Shown in pieces: positions 30,075-39,069 of a stretch of DNA of 64,000 nucleotides. Below the pieces are notes generated by a model that did not search any database, was not told where the DNA came from, and was given only the letters and a program-made list of their open reading frames with translations. Both the position numbers and the translations under genes were made by a program. Numbering within the stretch: position 1 is the stretch's first letter; each line of letters opens with the position of its first letter. The DNA is taken from assembly GCA_965215605.1 (NCBI GenBank), contig OZ244070.1, positions 3,040,001 through 3,104,000 on the forward strand, read 5' to 3'. This DNA is from an uncultured Candidatus Binatia bacterium. Its GTDB lineage: Bacteria > Desulfobacterota > Binatia > UBA9968 > JAJDTQ01.

Positions 30075-30482
30075 ATGGTCAAGACCAAGGGACTCTATCA
30101 CAGCGGCATCCCCGTCAATGACATCGACCGGGCGGTGGCGTTCTACCGTGACGTTCTCGGCATGGACGTGGCCAACATCGCCCGCGACGACCTCCGGGGC
30201 CTCGGCCGAGCCGACATGCGCTCCGGCAACAGCATCGTCGTGCTGTTCCAGCGCCCCAACCCCATCGACCGGGACGCCCTCGCCGAGGACGGCGTCACCC
30301 ACCAGGCCTTCTACGTCGACAGCGACGACTTCGAAACCGCCGAGGAACGCATGCGCGCCGCCGGCGTCCGCATCCACGAGGTCCCGGTGGTGGAGCGCCG
30401 CTCCGGCCGCGGCTTCTACTTCTTCGACCCCGACGGCAACCTGCTCCAACTCTACGCGCCGCCGAAGGGTAAGGGGGGATGA
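30075..30482 (+). CDS. VOC/glyoxalase family protein
   Basis: FYRDVLGM, THQAF and FYFFDPDGNLLQL. Confidence 0.88.
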   Translation: MVKTKGLYHSGIPVNDIDRAVAFYRDVLGMDVANIARDDLRGLGRADMRSGNSIVVLFQRPNPIDRDALAEDGVTHQAFYVDSDDFETAEERMRAAGVRIHEVPVVERRSGRGFYFFDPDGNLLQLYAPPKGKGG

Positions 30483-30486
30483 CCCC

Positions 30487-30530
30487 TGACTGGACAAACA
30501 AGTTGGCTAGTCATATAATCTGTCCAGTTA
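30487..30530 (+). promoter_or_regulatory. Sigma70 promoter and operator array of the Phd-VapC operon
   Basis: TGGACA(30491)-N17-TATAAT(30514); three TGACTAGTCA-like sites at 30487, 30504 and 30521. Confidence 0.65.
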
Positions 30531-30546
30531 GTATGGAGGGGCCAGT

Positions 30547-30771
30547 ATGAAGACGATCGGGGCCGCGAAGTTCAAGGAGCAATGTCTGGCTCTCATGGAC
30601 AGCCTTGACGCAGAGGGGTTGATCGTCACCAAACACGGGAAGCCCGTGGCGCGAGTTGTTCCTTACGACCAGCAGTGTGCTGATCTGATCGGCAGCCTGC
30701 GGCACAAAATCGAGATCCGAGGGGATATCTTTACCACGGGTATTCGCTGGGACGCGGATGGTCAACCTTGA
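30547..30771 (+). CDS. Phd/YefM antitoxin
   Basis: MKTIGAAKFKEQCLALMD...VTKHGKPVARV. Confidence 0.88.
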   Translation: MKTIGAAKFKEQCLALMDSLDAEGLIVTKHGKPVARVVPYDQQCADLIGSLRHKIEIRGDIFTTGIRWDADGQP

Positions 30772-31153
30772 CACACACATCCTCGTCTTGGCGATCAACG
30801 GTGAACTCCGGCGGTCCGAGCAGGCAGTCCTGACCCGGAATCCATGGTCCATCTCCGCCATCGTTTTGTGGAAGTTGGCCAAGCTCGTTCAACTCGACCG
30901 GCTTGACATGGACCTTGACGACCGTGAGGTGGTCCGAGTCCTGAACCGTCTACAAGTGTGGCCCATTGATCTTGCGATTGCCCGAGCCTCGACTTGGCTT
31001 GATTTCAGAAGCGATCCCGCGGACGAGATCATCGCGGCCACCAGTGTCGTGCACGGTGTGCCGTTGGTCACGCGCGACCGCGTCATGCGCGGTTCGAAGG
31101 TCGTCCCGCTTGCGAACATTCCTCGACGTGCGGAGGGGGCGGAAATAGACTGA
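30758..31153 (+). CDS. vapC: VapC PIN-domain toxin
   Basis: LDTH, DPAD and LVTRD; overlaps the antitoxin; the second acidic position reads K. Confidence 0.85.
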   Translation: MVNLDTHILVLAINGELRRSEQAVLTRNPWSISAIVLWKLAKLVQLDRLDMDLDDREVVRVLNRLQVWPIDLAIARASTWLDFRSDPADEIIAATSVVHGVPLVTRDRVMRGSKVVPLANIPRRAEGAEID

Positions 31154-31173
31154 TTGCCACGAGCACGACGGAA

Positions 31174-31282
31174 CCTGGATCAAGCCTGTCCCGGGTTTCA
31201 CCCGGGGTCCGGGGTGACGTTGCGGGCGCTCTGGTGACGTTGAAAGGCTCCGGGATGGCGCTGAGGGTTCTGTCGCGACGTT
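31174..31282 (-). repeat. REP-like palindrome with nested hairpin and ~20-nt periodic arm duplications
   Basis: Minus strand CGTCACCCCGGAC...CTTGATCCAGG is interrupted by CCCGGGT-N3-ACCCGGG; plus-strand GGTGACGTTG recurs at 31213 and 31233, with degenerate copies at ~31253 and ~31274. Confidence 0.6.
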
Positions 31283-32873
31283 ATGGGGAACCTCTCCCCA
31301 ACCGCTCCTCCAACTGCTTGAGGTACAAGCTCCGCGGCTTCACCGGCTTCCCCGCCGAATACCAGTAGCAGTCGCCGCTGGTGCTGTAGGCGCGGGAGCC
31401 GATGGCCCAGTTCCGGGCGGTGGGCGGGCTCTCGCAGATGATGCTGTCGGCGGAGGAATTCCAGAACATCGTCTGGGCGCCGGCCCAGCCGTGGCCGGTG
31501 CCCATGTTGCCTCGGTCCCGGACGTTGAGGGCGTCGCCCTGCACGTGGACGTTGTCGTAGAGGGTGCCCACCGCCCATCGGTGGTGGGGTCCGCTGTCGT
31601 TGTGGGCGTTGCGGGCTTCGCAGTCGAGGAAGACGTTGGGCCCGGGCACGCGTGAGTGCATGACGAAGTCGTGCCGTCCCTGGTTCGAGAAGGCGCGCCG
31701 CACCAGCGTGAGTTGTCCCCGGAGCGCGAAGGCATAGCGGCGCGGGCTGGCGATTTTGGATACGGGATCGAGGCAGGCGGCGTCCTCCACCGTGATCCAT
31801 TTGCCGTGGCGCTCCACGTAGACGCAGCTATAGGCGAAGTGGACGCCGGTGACCTGCCGCACCCAGGCGTTCTCCACCGAGTCCAGAAGGATGAAGTTCC
31901 AGGCGTGGTCCTCGTCGTCGGCCCAGCCGTTGAAATGGGACTCCGCCCGCAGGTTCTCGATGCCCACCTGCGCGATGCGTTCCGGGAAGGTGTACTTGTA
32001 GATCCAGCCGCCGCCGAACTCCCGCTCGATGGCGTTCACCAGCGGTGCGTCGATGGTGACCTCGGCGCCGCGGATACGGGTAATGACGCGGTCGAAGCGC
32101 AGGTCGTACTTGCCGGCCTGCCACTGCCGGGTCACCCGTCCCGGCCGCGGCGGGATGCGGTCCATGCCGATGGCGCTGATCCAGCCGGCGGTGCTGGGCC
32201 GGTGCACGATGATGCGGTCGCCGGCGGCGAGGCCCCGGGTCGACTCGATGTTGAATGTCCTTGCCCCCACCGGCACGTAGGCGTCGGTGATGGCCCGTCG
32301 GGTGCCCGGCACCTTGCGCCATGCGTCGCCACGTCGGACTCGCACCGACCGGTGCTCTCGCAGGCGCATGAAAGCAGGGTTTACCTCGATGAGCGTGCGG
32401 CGGCCGGTGCCGGTGGCCATGAGCACCGTGCCGTCACGCTCCCGTCCCTCTCCGCGCAGCACCACGCCGCCCGCCGATATCCGAAGCGTTCCGGCTATCT
32501 GGTATTCGCCCTTCCGGAGCAGCACGGCGCCCCGGTGGCCGTCGGCGTCGGACTCCATCCGCGAAACCCGGTCGATGGCGGCCTGGATCCGTTCGCCGTC
32601 GTCGCCGGGCCCCGGCTCCACCACCGCCTTGACCGGGACCCGTGGGATCGCCACGCCACCGCCGCCATAGCCGGCGTTGGAGAAGTCCGGAATGACGTTT
32701 CCCTTGGCGTCGGGCACGTAGACCAGCTTCCCCGCGTCGTCGAGATAGACGAGGGGTCGCGCCTTCCCGGTTTCCACCGATGTCGCCGGCGCGCATGCGC
32801 CAGCGACCAGCAGGAGCGCGGCGAGGCCCAGGGCCGCCGCGAGCCTGTCCAGGGAGGCCGAGCAGCTATTCAT
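31281..32873 (-). CDS. Putative lipoprotein with pectate-lyase-like right-handed beta-helix
   Basis: Lipobox-like VAGAC, IPDFSNAGYGGG, IQAAID, SGPHHRWAVG and GHGWAGA. Confidence 0.7.
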   Translation of the reverse strand: MNSCSASLDRLAAALGLAALLLVAGACAPATSVETGKARPLVYLDDAGKLVYVPDAKGNVIPDFSNAGYGGGGVAIPRVPVKAVVEPGPGDDGERIQAAIDRVSRMESDADGHRGAVLLRKGEYQIAGTLRISAGGVVLRGEGRERDGTVLMATGTGRRTLIEVNPAFMRLREHRSVRVRRGDAWRKVPGTRRAITDAYVPVGARTFNIESTRGLAAGDRIIVHRPSTAGWISAIGMDRIPPRPGRVTRQWQAGKYDLRFDRVITRIRGAEVTIDAPLVNAIEREFGGGWIYKYTFPERIAQVGIENLRAESHFNGWADDEDHAWNFILLDSVENAWVRQVTGVHFAYSCVYVERHGKWITVEDAACLDPVSKIASPRRYAFALRGQLTLVRRAFSNQGRHDFVMHSRVPGPNVFLDCEARNAHNDSGPHHRWAVGTLYDNVHVQGDALNVRDRGNMGTGHGWAGAQTMFWNSSADSIICESPPTARNWAIGSRAYSTSGDCYWYSAGKPVKPRSLYLKQLEERLGRGSP

Positions 32874-32972
32874 TATCCGTTTGAACCGCAATAGGGTGCC
32901 TGTGGTATAGGGTAGAAGCCTTGACATGTTGTTTCTAACATCCTGTCGACCGCGACGACATTGGAGGACGCC

Positions 32973-34010
32973 ATGACCCGGAAATTCGTGTATTCGTCGT
33001 TGGCCCTTTTCGCGGCCCTTGTCATGGCCGCTTCAGCGGCGCATGCCGCCGACAACTTCTACGCCGGCAAGACCATCCGCATCATTGTCGCTTATTCGCC
33101 TGGCGGCGGGTTCGATGCCTATTCGCGGATGCTTGCGCGCCACATGCCCAGGCACATTCCAGGCAATCCCACGGTGGCGGTCCAGAACCGGCCCGGGGCC
33201 GGCGGCCTCATCACCGCCAACCATCTCTACAACAAGGCCAAACCCGACGGCCTCACCATCGGCAACTGGATCGGCGGGCTGATTCTGCAACAGCACCTGG
33301 GGAACAAGGGGGTGCGCTTCGACGCGGCCAAGTTCGGGTGGATCGGCGCGCCGGTGCGGATCACCAACGTGTGCATGACCCACAAGCGCAGCGGTATCGT
33401 CGACTTGGCAACATGGCGCGCAGCCAAGGAGCCGGTGAAGTTCGGCGGCAGCCAGCCCGGGTCCACTCTGTGGGACATCCCGCGGATACTGATCAGTCAC
33501 ACCGACCTTCCCATGAGGCTCATCGAGGGCTACGGCGGCACCGCGCCGGTAAGGCTGGCCGCGGAAAAGGGCGAGTTGGCCGGTGTATGCGCGAGTTGGG
33601 AAGGGCTCAAGAATCCTTGGGCGTCGGCGCTGGCCGCGGGTGACGTGCGCGTGCTGCTGCAGTTCGTGGACAAGCCCCACCCGGATCTCGCCGGGGTGCC
33701 TCTCACCGACGACGTCATGAAGACGGCCGAGGGACGGCAGGTGATGAAGGCCGTGATTCACGATATCGGCGGTTCCCTCAACCGGCCCTATTCGGTGCCG
33801 CCGGGGACGCCCAGGGACCGGGTGATGATCCTGCGCCGCGCCTTTGACGCCGCCATGAAGGACCCCGAGCTTTTGGCCGAGGCGAAGAAGGCCAGGTTCG
33901 CCATCAGCGCCGTCTCCGGCGAGGAAGTCGAAGGGCTCGTGGACGGGATCGGCAACCTGCCGCCGGAGTTGATGGACACCATCAAGAAGACCTTTGCGCC
34001 CAAGAAGTAG
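32973..34010 (+). CDS. Tripartite tricarboxylate transporter substrate-binding protein (Bug/TctC)
   Basis: Signal peptide, YSPGGGFD, NRPGAGG and KPDGLTI. Confidence 0.9.
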   Translation: MTRKFVYSSLALFAALVMAASAAHAADNFYAGKTIRIIVAYSPGGGFDAYSRMLARHMPRHIPGNPTVAVQNRPGAGGLITANHLYNKAKPDGLTIGNWIGGLILQQHLGNKGVRFDAAKFGWIGAPVRITNVCMTHKRSGIVDLATWRAAKEPVKFGGSQPGSTLWDIPRILISHTDLPMRLIEGYGGTAPVRLAAEKGELAGVCASWEGLKNPWASALAAGDVRVLLQFVDKPHPDLAGVPLTDDVMKTAEGRQVMKAVIHDIGGSLNRPYSVPPGTPRDRVMILRRAFDAAMKDPELLAEAKKARFAISAVSGEEVEGLVDGIGNLPPELMDTIKKTFAPKK

Positions 34011-34060
34011 CGGACAAGTCGCGCCGGGAACGAGGGGAGGGGCCTCAGGGCATTAGGTAC

Positions 34061-34687
34061 ATGGCTCGCCCTTCGGGACTGGCATACAGCATTCACACGC
34101 CTCGTCTGATCCTCCGTTGCTGGCATCCGACGGATGCCAATCCGCTGCAACGGGCGATCAACGACAACCTGGACTACCTGCGCCCGTGGATCGACTGGGC
34201 GCGCCAGGAACCGGAATCACTGGAGATGAAGACGGAGCGGCTGCGGCGGTTCCGGGACGATTTCCTCTCGCGGCGGGACTACGTCTACGGCATCTTCGGC
34301 GCCGACGGCGTCCGGATCATCGGCGGCACCGGCCTGCATACACGGGAGAACAAGGACGCGCGGGAAATCGGCTATTGGATCGGAAAGCCCTTTGCCAACA
34401 AGGGGCTGGCCACGGAATCCACGGCGGCGCTGACGCGGGTGGCCTTCGAGATCAACGGGGTGGAGCGGGTGGAGATACGCTGCGACCCGCGCAACCAGGC
34501 CAGCGCCCGGGTGGCGGAGAAGCTCGGCTACACCCACCGTTCGACGCTTTACGGCAACAAGACCGACGCGGACGGGCTGGTGCGGGACACGCTGGTGTGG
34601 ACCCTGGACGCGGCGGAGTACCCGTCCAGTTGCGCGTCGGCCGCGTCGGTGGCCGTCTACAACCGATCCAAGGTCAAGATCCTGTAG
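34061..34687 (+). CDS. RimJ/RimL-family GNAT acetyltransferase
   Basis: TPRLILR, EIGYWI, KGLATE and NQASARVAEKLGY. Confidence 0.88.
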   Translation: MARPSGLAYSIHTPRLILRCWHPTDANPLQRAINDNLDYLRPWIDWARQEPESLEMKTERLRRFRDDFLSRRDYVYGIFGADGVRIIGGTGLHTRENKDAREIGYWIGKPFANKGLATESTAALTRVAFEINGVERVEIRCDPRNQASARVAEKLGYTHRSTLYGNKTDADGLVRDTLVWTLDAAEYPSSCASAASVAVYNRSKVKIL

Positions 34688-34699
34688 CCGCCGCCCCGA

Positions 34700-34790
34700 C
34701 TCCGTCAGCCCCGCCTTCCTCTCCGTCAGCCCCGCGAAGCTTGTCCCCGACCCCGATCGGGGAGCGGGAATCCAGGGGCGGGGAAGGGCG
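34700..34790 (+). repeat. REP-like palindrome with nested hairpin and 21-nt arm duplication
   Basis: CTCCGTCAGCCCCGC at 34700 and 34721; nested TCCCCGA-N6-TCGGGGA at 34744-34763; ends GCGGGAATCCAGGGG like the 25271 element. Confidence 0.65.
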
Positions 34791-34795
34791 GGCCC

Positions 34796-35935
34796 CTACT
34801 GGATGTACTGGATGTTGTACAGCCGGGTCACGTTGTCCGCGGTGAGCCGCCTGCGCATCTTCTCGCTCAACCCGCCCATGGTCTGGGCGATGAACTCCTG
34901 GGAGTCGGGCCAGATCCCGTCCCGGTGGGGGTAGTCCGAGGCCCAGCAGAAGTTTTCCGGGGCGTATTCTTCCGCAAGCTGCGCGCCGACCTTGTCGTCC
35001 TGGAACGTGGCCCACATCTGGCGCCGGAAAAGCGCGCTGGGCGGCGTGCTGATCATGCCCTCGTACTCGCCTTCCCGGAACTTGTTGTCGAGCCGCTCCA
35101 GCACGTAGGGGATCCAGCCGATGTGGCTCTCGGCCATGACCACCTTGAGGGCGGGATGGCGCTCCAGGGCGCCGCACAGGATGATGGACACGAGGCATTC
35201 GTCGGCCTGCATCGCCACCACCGCTATGTGGGCTTCCTTGGAAACCTTCGGTGTACTCCCCCTGAGCTTTTCCTCCGCGGTCCGCGGCCCCACCGTGGTG
35301 GTGCCGTGGCCCGCGCCGATATGGAACGACAGCGCCACTTCCTCTTCTTCGGCGGCGGCCCACATGGGTTCCCACATCTCGTGCCAGATGGGGGCCGGGC
35401 CGTTGAAGAAGTCGAACAGCGCGCCCTTGAGCCCGAGGCCGTTCCTGCCGATGCGGCGAATCTCCGCGGCCGCGGCATCGGGGGAATGGGCGGGGATGTC
35501 GGCGATGCCGATGAAGCGGTTTCGGTCGTACTCGCAGAACTCGGCGATGAAGTCGTTATAGGCCCGGTAGGTTGCGGTGATCACGTCCGGGTCCTTGATG
35601 CTGTCTTCCACGAAGCGGATGCCGTAGATGACCTCGGCCGCGATGTCGTCGATGTCCAGGTCCTTGGCCCGCAGCTTGGGATCCGACGGGTGCGTGGGCT
35701 CCCATCCGGCCTCGCGCATTCGCCGGCCCCTGTGGTTGGTCATGGGCTGCCGGCCCATCCATGCCCGGTGCCCGCCCATCACCGCGCCGTCGCCGACCCA
35801 CGTGGGCTTGCCGTCCACCGTGCGCACGTTGGGCACCCGGTCCTTCAGGTTTGCGGGAGCGCGGGACCGGAACGTGTCTTCGTCGAGATAGAAGAGATCC
35901 ATGTGTCCGTCGGCAGAGATGATTCGGTCGCTCAT
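34796..35935 (-). CDS. Amidohydrolase_2 family protein
   Basis: SADGH, SFHIG, ERHPALKVVMAE and ASDYPH. Confidence 0.88.
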   Translation of the reverse strand: MSDRIISADGHMDLFYLDEDTFRSRAPANLKDRVPNVRTVDGKPTWVGDGAVMGGHRAWMGRQPMTNHRGRRMREAGWEPTHPSDPKLRAKDLDIDDIAAEVIYGIRFVEDSIKDPDVITATYRAYNDFIAEFCEYDRNRFIGIADIPAHSPDAAAAEIRRIGRNGLGLKGALFDFFNGPAPIWHEMWEPMWAAAEEEEVALSFHIGAGHGTTTVGPRTAEEKLRGSTPKVSKEAHIAVVAMQADECLVSIILCGALERHPALKVVMAESHIGWIPYVLERLDNKFREGEYEGMISTPPSALFRRQMWATFQDDKVGAQLAEEYAPENFCWASDYPHRDGIWPDSQEFIAQTMGGLSEKMRRRLTADNVTRLYNIQYIQ

Positions 35936-36062
35936 GATCGTTTCCTCCGGATTTCACTTCTCTCACAGTCTTCCAGACGGGGCAAGACCGCTCCCCCGCC
36001 TCCCTGATTGACTCGCTTCACCCGGCGTGCAACCATCCCCCAACCCGAGAGGAGGACCATCC

Positions 36063-37262
36063 ATGCCGACAACGGCCGACGATCTCCAGGGCGAGTGGCG
36101 GGACCGTTGCGCGATACCGGACCACGTCATTTGGGGCCCCGGGTCCCATGAGCGCCTGAGAGGACTGCTGGAAGAGATGGGCTGTGGCCGGGCGTTGCTG
36201 CTGGCCAGCGGTTCGCTGGCGAAACGCACGCCTTGGGTGGACCGGATCGTGGACGGACTGGGCGGCCTGGTGGCGGCGGTCCGCAGCGACAGCGCGGAGT
36301 TCACCCCCGACTGGCTGTGCTTCGACACGGCGCGGCAGGCGCGCGAGGTGGAGCCCGACGTCATCGTCACCGTGGGCGGCGGCAGCGTTGCCGACTGGGG
36401 CAAGGCGGTGGCCTTCATCCTGGCCCAGGGCCTTGAATCGGTGGAGGAACTGGACGGCTACGTGGCCTCGCCCGACAACCAGCGGCTGGCCGCGCTGCCC
36501 CGGCCGCCCATCCCCCAGGTGGCGCTCCCCACCACGCTGTCGGCGTCGGAGGCGACCTGGTCGGTGACCATCAACCGGCCCGAGCGCAAGTTCAAGGACC
36601 ACGTGCGGCACCCCGATCTCGTGCCCAGGGCGGTGATCCTGGACGCGGCCATCGCCTCTTCCACCCCGGCCGGCCTGTGGTGCGCCACCGGCCTCAAGGC
36701 CATGGAGCACGTGGTGGAGAAGCTCTACACCGTGGACCGCAATCCGGTGGTGGACAACATGTGCCTCGAGGCCGGGGCGCTGCTGTACCGATACCTGCCG
36801 CGTTGCAAGGACAACCCGGAGGACCTGGAGGCCTTCACCCGATGCCATGTGGCGCTGGTGGGCGTAGGTTTCCACGGCCGCGGCGTGCACAAGGGGCTGT
36901 CGCAGGTCATCGGCTGGCAACTCGGCGCCTACGGCGTCGCCCACGGCCACACCTCCTGCGTCATGCTGCCCCACGTGATGGAGTTCAACCGCTCCGTGAG
37001 CCTGTCCTCCCAGGCCGCCCTCGGCCGCGCCTTGGGGGGACACGGCGCCACGGACGAAGAGCTGGCCGAGGGCGCCCATGCGGCCGTGGCCAGCCTGGTC
37101 CGCGACATGGATCTGCCCTACCGGTTGCGGGACGTGGGCGTCCCCCGCGACGATCTTCCGGACATCGCGAAGAAGGTCATCGTGTCGCCGAACATCATCT
37201 ACAACCCGAGGCCGGTGACGGATCCCGGGGAGGTCCTGGCGGTGCTCGAAAGGGCGTGGTAG
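36063..37262 (+). CDS. Iron-containing alcohol dehydrogenase / maleylacetate reductase-like protein
   Basis: GGGSVAD, PTTLSASE and AHGHTS..MLPHVM. Confidence 0.82.
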   Translation: MPTTADDLQGEWRDRCAIPDHVIWGPGSHERLRGLLEEMGCGRALLLASGSLAKRTPWVDRIVDGLGGLVAAVRSDSAEFTPDWLCFDTARQAREVEPDVIVTVGGGSVADWGKAVAFILAQGLESVEELDGYVASPDNQRLAALPRPPIPQVALPTTLSASEATWSVTINRPERKFKDHVRHPDLVPRAVILDAAIASSTPAGLWCATGLKAMEHVVEKLYTVDRNPVVDNMCLEAGALLYRYLPRCKDNPEDLEAFTRCHVALVGVGFHGRGVHKGLSQVIGWQLGAYGVAHGHTSCVMLPHVMEFNRSVSLSSQAALGRALGGHGATDEELAEGAHAAVASLVRDMDLPYRLRDVGVPRDDLPDIAKKVIVSPNIIYNPRPVTDPGEVLAVLERAW

Positions 37263-37319
37263 CAGGCTCCCGCCTTACGACGGGGCGACGGGATCTCCAC
37301 CGCGCCGTGCGCTCCCATC

Positions 37320-37700
37320 CCCCTCGGCCCATCTCATTGCAGCGAAGGCCCCTGCCGCGAAGACCGCGAAGGCGGCGATTTGGGCGTACATGGTCCCATC
37401 GAAGCCTTGGTCCATGAGCCCTCCCAGCGGCAACGCGATGAAGGTGGAGAGGGCCGGATCCCCTGTCCGACGGCCGGGGCGATAGCGGGGACGAGGATGA
37501 ACACGGCCATGGCGAATGACATGAGGCGGGCCATCTGGCGTCCTTCGTACTGATCGCGCACCAGGGCTACGGTTACGACGCGCGGTCCCGCCACTCCGAA
37601 GCCCAGCCCCAGGAACAGGGCGGTAACGACGAACTGGGCGTCATTCGGACGCGCCGCCCCCAGGTCGTGAGCGATGGCAGTCAGCGCCGGCAGGATGCCG
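37320..37700 (-). pseudogene. Collapsed Bcr/CflA (DHA1) MFS transporter remnant
   Basis: LPALTAIAHDLG..Q.VVTALFLG is joined directly to ALVRDQYEGRQMARLMS, then to a terminal TM segment in another frame. Confidence 0.7.
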
Positions 37701-37731
37701 ACCTTGCCGGGTCGCCTCCACAGGGCGGACT

Positions 37732-39030
37732 TCATACGACTTCCACCCATGTCTTCATCCCGGATGCTTGGTGCGCGAGGGTATGGCAGTGCAGGAGCCA
37801 TTTGCCGGGATTGTCGAATACGCAGAGGATGTCGCGGCTCCGGCGCGGATCTACCAGCGTCGTGTCGCGGTAATCGCCGAGGGAACCGTCTTCGCGCAGC
37901 TCGTGGAAATGGTGGCCGTGCAGGTGGATGCCGTGCGGGAAGGCGGTGTCGTTGCGCAGGGTGATGCGGGCCGTCTGGCCGCGTGCGAACCGCCGCCACG
38001 GCGCATCGGGCATGCCGGAGCGGTGGTTGAAGGCCCATAGATCGCCGCCCCCGTGACGCCCGCTCATGGCCCCTCCCTGCATGGCAAGAGTCAGGCGGAT
38101 CGCCGCACTCCGGTCGGGGGCCGGCGTGCGGCGATCCGGGAGCGGGACGACCGCGCCCGCGGCAGGGGCGGGATTCGAGCCCTCCACGGCGATGGTGCCC
38201 AGTCCGTGGAGACCCTCGCGGGTCCGAAGGGCGAAGGACACCGGCGCCGCCACGTCGAGGATGACGTCGGTCCGCTGGGCCGGTGCGAGCAGCAGGTCTC
38301 GGAGCGGCGACGGCTCGGCGAGCGGCATCCCGTCATGGGCCACGACTTTGCCGGTTCCCCCGCCGACCCGCACCGCGAATATCCGCGCCGTGGCGGCATT
38401 GATGAGCCGCAGGCGGACGCGGTCGCCGCGCCGGACCGTGGCCGCCGAGAACAGGGCGCGGGCGACGTTACCCATCCGTCCGGCATGAGAGAAGTCGTGG
38501 CGGTTGCCGAAGCTCTCGTGCAGCGCGCCGTTGCGTTCCAGCCGCCAGTCGTCGAGGACGACGGTAATGTCGCGGTCGACGGGGGGCGGGTCCCGCTCTT
38601 CGACGATCAGCGGGCCGTAGAGCCCCCTTGCCACCTGTTCCCAGGAGCGGTGGTGGGCGTGGTACCAGTAGGTGCCGGCGTGGGGGACGTCGAACGCATA
38701 GCGGAAGGTCTCACCGGGTCGCACCGCCGCCTGCGTCAAATCCGGCACCCCGTCCATCGCGTTGTCGAGATGGATGCCGTGCCAGTGGATCGTGGAGGCC
38801 TGGCCCGCTCCGTTCTCGAAGGAAACGGAGAGCCGGTCCCCTTGGCGTACGCGGATGTCGGGGCCGGGGGTCGATCCGTTGAATCCGAGCATGGAGGTGG
38901 GGCGGTCGTCGTCGGGCAGGATCCGGGCGGTCACCGGCCCGGCCTTCAATCGCAAGGGCGCCGCCGACCAGCCGGTCGCCGGGAACAGGATCGAGGCGGC
39001 GGAGCAGGCAAGGAATTGCCGTCGATTCAT
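37732..39030 (-). CDS. Tat-exported multicopper oxidase
   Basis: NRRQFL signal; HWHG, WYHAH, HGIHLHGH and HCHTLAHQASGM copper motifs. Confidence 0.93.
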   Translation of the reverse strand: MNRRQFLACSAASILFPATGWSAAPLRLKAGPVTARILPDDDRPTSMLGFNGSTPGPDIRVRQGDRLSVSFENGAGQASTIHWHGIHLDNAMDGVPDLTQAAVRPGETFRYAFDVPHAGTYWYHAHHRSWEQVARGLYGPLIVEERDPPPVDRDITVVLDDWRLERNGALHESFGNRHDFSHAGRMGNVARALFSAATVRRGDRVRLRLINAATARIFAVRVGGGTGKVVAHDGMPLAEPSPLRDLLLAPAQRTDVILDVAAPVSFALRTREGLHGLGTIAVEGSNPAPAAGAVVPLPDRRTPAPDRSAAIRLTLAMQGGAMSGRHGGGDLWAFNHRSGMPDAPWRRFARGQTARITLRNDTAFPHGIHLHGHHFHELREDGSLGDYRDTTLVDPRRSRDILCVFDNPGKWLLHCHTLAHQASGMKTWVEVV

Positions 39031-39069
39031 GGACTGCTTCTGGATTTCCCAGGTTGATGGTGATCCGTC

